NCBI GenBank assembly: GCA_000182565.2
Contig: KQ257474.1
Length of the DNA: 28,490 bases
Source: Spizellomyces punctatus DAOM BR117
Lineage: Eukaryota
Strand: one strand, 5' to 3'
In this document: one piece after another, positions 21,159 to 28,490 of the stretch
How the letters are laid out: each line of letters opens with the position of its first letter
Numbering within the stretch: the stretch's first letter is position 1
The notes under the pieces: model-generated
The model's input: only the letters and a program-made list of their open reading frames with translations
Told to the model about the DNA's origin: nothing
Databases searched by the model: none
Translations under genes and position numbers: made by a program

Positions 21159-22979
21159 ATGGCGGACCGATCCAAAGCTCCAGATTCTTACGGTGACAAG
21201 TCTGAGTGCGTAACATGGGATCTTTACTGTCAAGTTGTGAAACTGACTTTTGAATGCCGCTCAGGTCCACCCAAGGTGGGCAGTACGCTGGGTACGACGC
21301 GTCCAGCTACTCGTCGTACGATTATTACGGTAGTCAGGAAGGATCTCAAGGAAACACCAGCAATCCTGGAGGGGGTGGCCACTCTGGAGGTAGCTACGAC
21401 TATTATGGTGCCACAAATGAAGGAGGTAAAAGTGGTGGACGCTCCACGCCCATGACGGCATTCGCTAAAAGTGGTGCTTCTTGTCAGGCTACGCCACACA
21501 GCAACAGTATGCCGACTATTACGGACAACAGAGCGGTGGTGGCTCTAATGGCTATGGTGGCTCCGATCGAAGCTATGGTAGCAGAAGTTACGGAGGCGGA
21601 CAGCAGAGTCGAGACTATGGGAGCGGAGGATCTCGGGCGGATACAAGCAGCGCAGGAGGTAGCGGTAGGCTGCCAATGCAAAGATTATATGCGTTTTCTC
21701 CTGCTAATCCTTTTTGCTCATTCAAGAGGGCAAGACCCAGAGCCAGGATACAATCTACATTACTGGATTGTCCAAAAGTGTCACTGAACAGAAGCTCATC
21801 GATCATTTCGGAAGCATCGGCATAATTAAGGTACGCGGTTCTTATCGTCGCATGCAGGCAAGGATTCTATCTGAAGGGTTGTGTTTTGTCAGACTGATAA
21901 GAAAACTCAAAAGCCGAAAGTGTGGTTATACAAGGACAAAGCCACAGGACTGCCTAAAGGAGATGCGACTGTGACCTATGATGATCCGTGCTCGTGCGAT
22001 GGAGCGATTAATTGGTTTGACGGTATAACCTTTTTTGTATATTTTGACTCGGGATCTACCCGGATGGCATCCAAATGATATGACTATTTCTTTCTTCAAG
22101 GTAAGCAATTTGAGGGCTCCACCCTGAAAGTTGAACGCGCTGAGCAGAAAGCCCCTCCACCTGGTGGTTGGGGCGGCGGCGGTGGTCGTGGTGGTCGTGG
22201 CGGTCGTGGGCGCGGCGGAGGTCGTGGCGGCGGCCGAGATGGAGGAGGCCGCGAAGGAGACTGGATGTGCTCGTGAGTTGCCCTAAGATAAAGTGCTTGA
22301 ACTGATCGATGTAACCCACTGTCTACTTATAACTAGATGTGGTAACACGAACTTTCAGTGGAGGGATAGCTGTAACCGCTGCCATTCAGCTAAACCTGAT
22401 GGAGCAGGCGGAGCAGGTGGACCGCCTCCTGGGCGCGATGGCGGCCGGGACGGAGGTCGTGAAGGACGGGGTGGGGATTGGGCGTGCGAGTAAGTCGGGC
22501 TCACTCAGAATGGCCATATGATCTATAGTCCTGATCCCGACTTTTGCAGATGCGGCAATACGAATTTTGCTTGGAGGACTTCCTGCAACAAGTGTCAGCA
22601 ACCCAAACCTGGGAACTCTGGCTCCGGATACGAAGGAGGCGGCCGTAGCTCCGGGGGTGGTCGGGGCGGCTCCAGGCCAGGCGATTGGACATGCCAGTAA
22701 GTCATTTTTTACCTTGCGCTAGCTAAGTGTGAAAATCTCACAAGATTTGCCTTTAGATGCGGAAATACAAACTTTTCATGGAGGGATTCATGTCACAAGT
22801 GTCAAGCGGCGAAGCCGGGCGGAGGATCCGGAGGAGGTGGTGGCGGTTATGATGGCGGCAGCTCCTACGGCGGGGGTCGCTCCGGAGGATACCGTTCTGG
22901 AGGGTACGACAGGGGCGGGCATGACAGGGGTGATCATCGGTCGGATGCTCGTCGCGACCGCCGCGACCGGCCGTATTAG
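21159..22979 (+). CDS. FET-family (FUS/EWS/TAF15-like) RNA-binding protein, multi-exon
   Basis: G/S/Y/Q-rich N-terminus, FET-type RRM (TIYITGL...[21 protein letters not shown]), RGG tracts, three RanBP2-type zinc fingers and C-terminal [14 protein letters not shown]. Confidence 0.92.
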
Positions 22980-23164
22980 AAAAGCGGCGACTTCTGTGGA
23001 CTATAAAATCTCTGTAATTCTGTTCACAATCGCGATTGCCATCAGTGTCTATGATCTTGCATGCAGTATTATGTATATGGTACGGTCGTTGCTATGGAAT
23101 CTATATACTGTGGGCCAGCCGGACGTAGCTAGAAAACCCAATCAGGGGCCCTTCCACCTAATCA

Positions 23165-24881
23165 TCATTTTGGAATGCAGACTGTCTCGCCCAGCCTTGA
23201 CGTAAAGACGGTCCCTTCGGCAAGGTTTCTTCGTATTCGGCTTTCTTCTAAATACTTAGGAGGATCAAGATAATGCTCATCTGACATCATAAACGTTCCC
23301 CAGTGCACCCCAATCGAGTAAGAAGCGTTCAAATCGGTATGAATTTGGCACGCCTCGTCGGGGTCCACGTGTTGGTGTCGTAGGAACCATCGTGGTTCGT
23401 AGGCGCCGATAGCTATACTGGGAATGAGCCCAAGCAACGAGGTATCCTCAAGGACTGAGAAGAACTTACGCAGTGCAGCTAAAGTTATGGGGCCATACTT
23501 TTTTCCAATTTCCTTGAATGCCGTACAGTATCCCGTATCCCCGCAGTGGAAGAAGCTACTAGTTGGGCCTTTCACAACAAAGGAACACCACAAAGTTCTA
23601 TTGACATCAAAGAAGTGGCGTCCACTCCAATGCTGTATTGGAGTGCCGATGATGCGAAGTGTATTTTCGTGAAGGCGTTCTTCCCACCAATCAAGCTCCA
23701 CCACCTACGTATACAGTTGTTAAGACCACATAGCTGAGACACAGAGACAAGGTCAATTCTTACATTTGTAACGCCGTGGCTACCAAACCAGTCACGAAGA
23801 CCGAGAGGTACGTACCAAGTGACGGAATTACCAAGTTCCTTTACGACTGCCCGATCTGGTAAATACATCATCAGCCGGGCGAAGTCAATGCCTAGTTTGC
23901 AGGTGTGTGTACACGTACCAAGATGATCATAATGATCATGCGACACAAGTACGATATCAATCTTTGGCAAGTCAGAGAGATTACATGGTACCGGTCGAAG
24001 TCGGCGGGGTCCTAACCAGTTGCCCACAGTTCGAGAGCTGTATCCCACACAATATTAGCGTCATCTTAACCCGGGCGAGATGATAGTAGAATACCTGAAT
24101 ATCGGATCCGTAAGGATGTTATATCCATCCATCTGTACTAGGCAAGTCGATTGACCTAGACGAGAGCTCTTAGTATGTGGTACATCTCCCGATATCAATT
24201 CGACAGCAACTCCGCCCTGCCTTACCAAACCACGTCACTGTCATTGACGGGCGGGACCCATGTGATGGCAAGGTGATCCACGAAGCCTCAAGGTCGTCCA
24301 CTGAGCTGCGGTTATGGAAATTTTGCAACAGTTCCCAGTTCGGTTGTACTGTGGGAAGGCTCTCTGCCAAGACCTGACATAGGATGGACAATGTATGTTA
24401 AGTGCAGGACTGACCAAGTACGTTGACAAAACAAAGCAACCTTATTGTCCTTGGGGATGCCATTCCGATTATGTCTTGTAAGCTGCCAACGGACATATTC
24501 CCAGATGTTCGTCGCATTTTTATCTCGCCATTCCAAAAACGGATTGACAAAGCGTCCAGCGAACTTCAACGATGTATAAACTTTCTGTCTCCAGAATCCC
24601 ATCTGTGCCCTCGACAATGCCACAGCCTTGCGCGTTTCGTCTGGGTTAGCAGGTTCCAAGCCTTCCTCTTCCTCGGCTTCATTGGCATTCTCGACCTCTT
24701 CGACTTCCTTCATTTGACCGTCAATATACTCCCAATGGCGTTCAATTGCCCGTCTTCGGTGCCTTCGGTGCCATAACCAGCGGCTTTGCTCGAATAAAAG
24801 GATACTTCCCAGCAATGCCACTGGCACGGCTGCAAAAACATACGGCCGAACGCCCAAAGCGACAATACTTTGGTGACCCAT
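23165..24881 (-). CDS. N-acyl-phosphatidylethanolamine phospholipase D-like metallo-beta-lactamase (FMP30-like), multi-exon; start uncertain
   Basis: FVNPF, TWFG|QSTCLVQ..NILTDPIF, SHDHYDHL, QHWSGR, LWCSF, GDTGY, IGAYEPRWF and HWGTF. N-terminal hydrophobic segment. Confidence 0.92.
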
Positions 24882-25138
24882 GGAAGAGCTTTGGTGAAGG
24901 TTCCCGATACCTATGGGTTGAGGTCCCGGTTTGCCTGCAACGCAGCCTCAGCGGAGTTCGGTCGTTGACGGAAAAACCTGTCGTTGAGGAAATGTCCAAA
25001 AGGTGAAAGAAATTCGTCGGCATACGGAAATTGCCTGGTTGAGTCATCAAGTGCTGTGCCACTGAACACGTTGAAGGGTTGCCGATCGAGAGCGTTTTGT
25101 GGAGATTTCCAGCAGATTGCCAGCAGAAAAAAGATACA

Positions 25139-26060
25139 ATGACTTCCATAGACGACCTGGACCTTCCTCGTTCCATCATTGGGAGAGTGATAAAAAATGC
25201 GGTAAGTGGAATTTCAATGAAAATTGGGGGCGAGAACGGCTAGAATCCTCATAGTTGTCCTATCAGCTACCCGAAGGAGCGCAGGTCCAAAAAGATGCAA
25301 AGGCAGCAATGACCAAGGCGTGCACTGGTACGTCTCTCGAGGCTCTAGATATAAGGAACACCCGGTTCTGGGTGACTCTATGCAAGAGAGCACGTAGTTA
25401 ACTTTGGATCTCATTCATGATCTTTTCCTGGCTTCCCCTAGTATTTATCAACTATCTGACTGCCACGGCTCTTGATGTGACAAAACACAGTGATCGTAAA
25501 TCGATCAGTGCAAACGACATATTTAGAGCATTGGCGATCCTTGAATTTGATCAGTTTTTGCCAATGATTAAAGTTGCCGTTGAAGGTATGTAGAATATGC
25601 AGGAGCTCTCAGTTGCGTGGGCCCAGTATTGTTGGGACGACAACAGACTCTCATACCGAGCATTCCGCACTGTGTAGAATTTCAGCAAAAAGCTAAAGAA
25701 AAGCGTCAAGAGTACAAACGAAATTTCAAAGAAAAGCACCGTGTGTCCAATGCGGCTACAGGGTCGGCGGACGAGAAGGGTGACGCTGGCTATGAAGGTG
25801 ACACCTCGATGGCAGTGGACGAGCCAGTGAAATGCGAAGGGGTGGAAGGCTCTGGATCGATACCGCATAAGCGGAAATCGAACGCTGGGACAATAGGATC
25901 AATAAAACGGCCAAAGTTACCAAAAGGAGAAGGAGGAGTGGAAGACGGGTCTGATCATGGTTCGGATCAGGAAACGGTAACGGATCAGGAGGGGCAAAGA
26001 GACGGATCGGATCAAGAGGATGCTGAGAGCAGTGCTGGTGGACAAATGGACTCCGCCTGA
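25139..26060 (+). CDS. DPB4: DNA polymerase epsilon subunit D / CHRAC17 histone-fold protein, multi-exon
   Basis: Spliced MTSIDDLDLPRSIIGRVIKNA|LPEGAQVQKDAKAAMTKACT|VFINYLTATA...RKSISANDIFRAL, followed by a basic/acidic tail. Confidence 0.88.
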
Positions 26061-26214
26061 GTCCGCACTATGTCGTATATAACTGTAATATATATCCAAA
26101 AGCAGACACTGTTCGTCTTGCCATAGATGGTGGTTGTACGATCTGTTTTCATTAGTCCGATGTGTCGAGGACAACCGCCATGAAGGAGATATAAATCTAT
26201 TTATTCTGTTATAT

Positions 26215-26857
26215 TTACACAGTCTTCCTATCCGTCAAAGCTCGCACTATGCCTCCCAATCCTCCAACTTCGGTAGCCTGTAATCAAATATCAATACGTT
26301 GAGTTCACAAGAGACAATGATGTAGTCATAAAATTCCTCACCTTTTCATGCCACGTCAGCAGGATGGCAGAATTGTATAACTCTGGTGAGCCCATGCCTC
26401 GGTAAATGTACTTCATAAGAATGTCCATTTGTTGTGTGGATAGGCCTTTGACGATGTTGATGATATCAGTGGATCTGGCGGCGGCAAGTGCTTCCATGAC
26501 TGTAGCTGTGTTTCTGTCCTGTGCGGTTGTCAGAAGAGAGCCCATCTGCTATTTACAAGGGTATAGATCTACCTTGACTGTCTGTAGCGCGCGGCCCGCT
26601 GGAGGGTTCTCGAGTGCTTTTGCGACGGCGCCCGCAACATCTCCCCTATGCTGTCACTTAGTGGCACGCCCAGCCAACAATAACTTTCAAGTGTTTTGTA
26701 CAAACCGTGACAGATAATTCCGCACCTCAGCGGCGCGAGAGTTCACATCAGCTTCCACTTGGGCTGAATCCGCGGTTGGTCCGCTTGCGGTCTGGTTCTC
26801 ATCAACGAATGCATCCTCGTCGTCGTACTGGTCCACATTAATCTTGCGATGGGACAT
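26215..26857 (-). CDS. ARPC5: Arp2/3 complex subunit 5, 4 exons
   Basis: MSHRKINVDQYD, ALENPP, DILMKYIYRGM, SAILLTWHEK and GGLGGIVRALTDRKTV-stop. Confidence 0.95.
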
Positions 26858-27320
26858 GCTTCAAAAACTTGAAATGAAGTGGAAATAGAGAATCTGGGCA
26901 ATGCTCTCGGAATGTTCAACTCGTCTTGTTGACTCCACGACGCCGATATTCGTTAAAGGTCAGTGCCAATTGGTTGCTCCACCAGCGTTGGAATGAAGGA
27001 TGCCAAACGCGCCTCACCAGTCGGTCAAGTCAGCCAAGTCGGCATTGGATGGAATCCACCAGTCGAACACGTTCCATCCACTGTTAGCCAGAATTGCACA
27101 CAGCAACTTGGTCGACGACGACAGGCAACGTCGTCGCCAGTTCCTTCCGGGACGGAGAAGAAGGTAGCAAATAAGCAGCAATGCATTTTAGGATGCTTGC
27201 TGATACTTTTTGAATTAAAAACATTCCCATCTACTTTTTGGATTTCTATCTTTTGAACGTGGAGAGCACCCCGTCTATATACATATTTGACATAATGTAC
27301 AAGGAACGAGCAGATGTCAA

Positions 27321-27706
27321 CTATCTCGGTTCGTCCTCCCCGAAAGCCTCCATTGTATTCACCACCAGTCCCGCAAAATCCAAAAAGCTCGATACCGCCG
27401 TTCGCACAACCCGGACAGATACTCCTCGTATGGTGCTAGTTTCGTTCCCCTTTAGATATCTGCATATATCTCGACTAACCATGCAAGGTACTCACACAAC
27501 CAGAGACGTTCCTTCCACATTCATCTCCTTTTGACATTCAGCTGCTTTCAGTTCTTTGTCGACTGAGAGCACTTGTTGCGCTATTGTAGCTAGTCGAGTG
27601 TCGGGAAAGGGAATATTGATGGTGCTGTAGAATGTCGAGTCAGCCAAAGCAACGCTCAAATATAAAGTGTACTGCAGACGTACACAGTATGAGCCAGTGT
27701 CGACAT
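27321..27706 (-). CDS. PCC1: EKC/KEOPS complex subunit Pcc1 (LAGE3), 3 exons
   Basis: Spliced MSTLAHTV|TINIPFPDTRLATIAQQVLSVDKEL...RVVRTAVSSFLD...TMEAFG. Confidence 0.88.
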
Positions 27707-27857
27707 GGCGAGTGATGTTGGGACAAGCAGTCAAGAATGAGATCGCAAGAATGGAGCAAAGTGGTTACTTTTGCATGGCTGCAACCAACTTATTATAAGT
27801 CGATCAAATCCATGCGCGTTCCCCATTGTAGCGGCTGACCTTGTCGAATTAGCAATC

Positions 27858-28490
27858 ATGGCATCCGAGTCAAAGGTCGAACCTCAGGTGGACGATGTGG
27901 AGGGTGTGGAAACAATCATTACACCTGGGGCAGCAAATGCGACGAAATCTGATACCTCCAAAGCTCAAAATGGCGCCGCAAGTAGTTCTTCATCTGGATC
28001 AGCGGCTGTACCGGATGCTGTGTTGCAGAAACAAATGGAAGAGATCATGAGGAAAGTGCGTAACAGGAATTCTACCTCTTTAGCAAAGGCAGCTGTTGAA
28101 CCTGCTTGGTCGATTAGCTCTCTTCTAATCATGACATTGTCGACAGGTAGCAAAGGTAGATCTGATACGAAACCTCGCCGCAAATGATCAAAGGACTCGC
28201 AAGAACCCAAAGGACATGGACCAGTATAAGTTTTGGAAGACTCAACCAGTTCCGCGCGTTGGTAGGTCGAGGGTAGAGGAAGGATTGCCTTGAGCTGACG
28301 GCTTACGTCTTGAACTCAGACGAGAAGATTGAACAAAACGGTCCCATCGAACCTGATAAGAAGCGCGAGGAATTACGCCAGGAACCCTATCCGCTCCCAA
28401 AAGACTTTGAGTGGTCCCTTATTGACATTGAAGATGACGCGCAAATCAAGGAACTTTATCAGTTACTTTCGCTCAACTACGTGGAAGATG
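27858..28490 (+). CDS. NMT1: Glycylpeptide N-myristoyltransferase, 5' part (runs off the window)
   Basis: YKFWKTQPVP, EPYPLPKDFEW and ELYQLLSLNYVED. Confidence 0.95.

Noticed and set aside
1..28490. tRNA, rRNA or CRISPR arrays
   Set aside because: No cloverleaf around GTTCGA-like hits, no rRNA motifs and no regular repeat-spacer pattern seen.

Overview
Gene-dense eukaryotic nuclear DNA with short (~50-90 nt) GT-AG introns. The gene set (FET-family RNA-binding protein, septin, ARPC5, PCC1, NMT) and architecture suggest an early-diverging fungus, probably a chytrid (inference). From ~9 kb onward the window holds mostly intron-rich housekeeping genes: a CAMK/SNF1-like kinase, a septin, a GH79, TDP1, an M17 leucyl aminopeptidase, a FUS/EWS/TAF15-like protein, NAPE-PLD, DPB4, ARPC5, PCC1 and the 5' part of NMT1. 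The first ~8.8 kb looks accessory. It holds an intronless secreted GH18, a decayed stretch that may be WD40-like, an intronless 603-aa PD-(D/E)XK-like nuclease, a ~390-bp MITE-like element and an intronless alpha/beta hydrolase. The best candidate for an undescribed system is the nuclease locus (~4400-7191). About 900 nt of hairpin-rich non-coding DNA with mirror-image promoter-like motifs lies upstream, and a long GC-rich hairpin follows the stop codon. Exon boundaries and pairings were read by eye, and no searches or folding programs were run.
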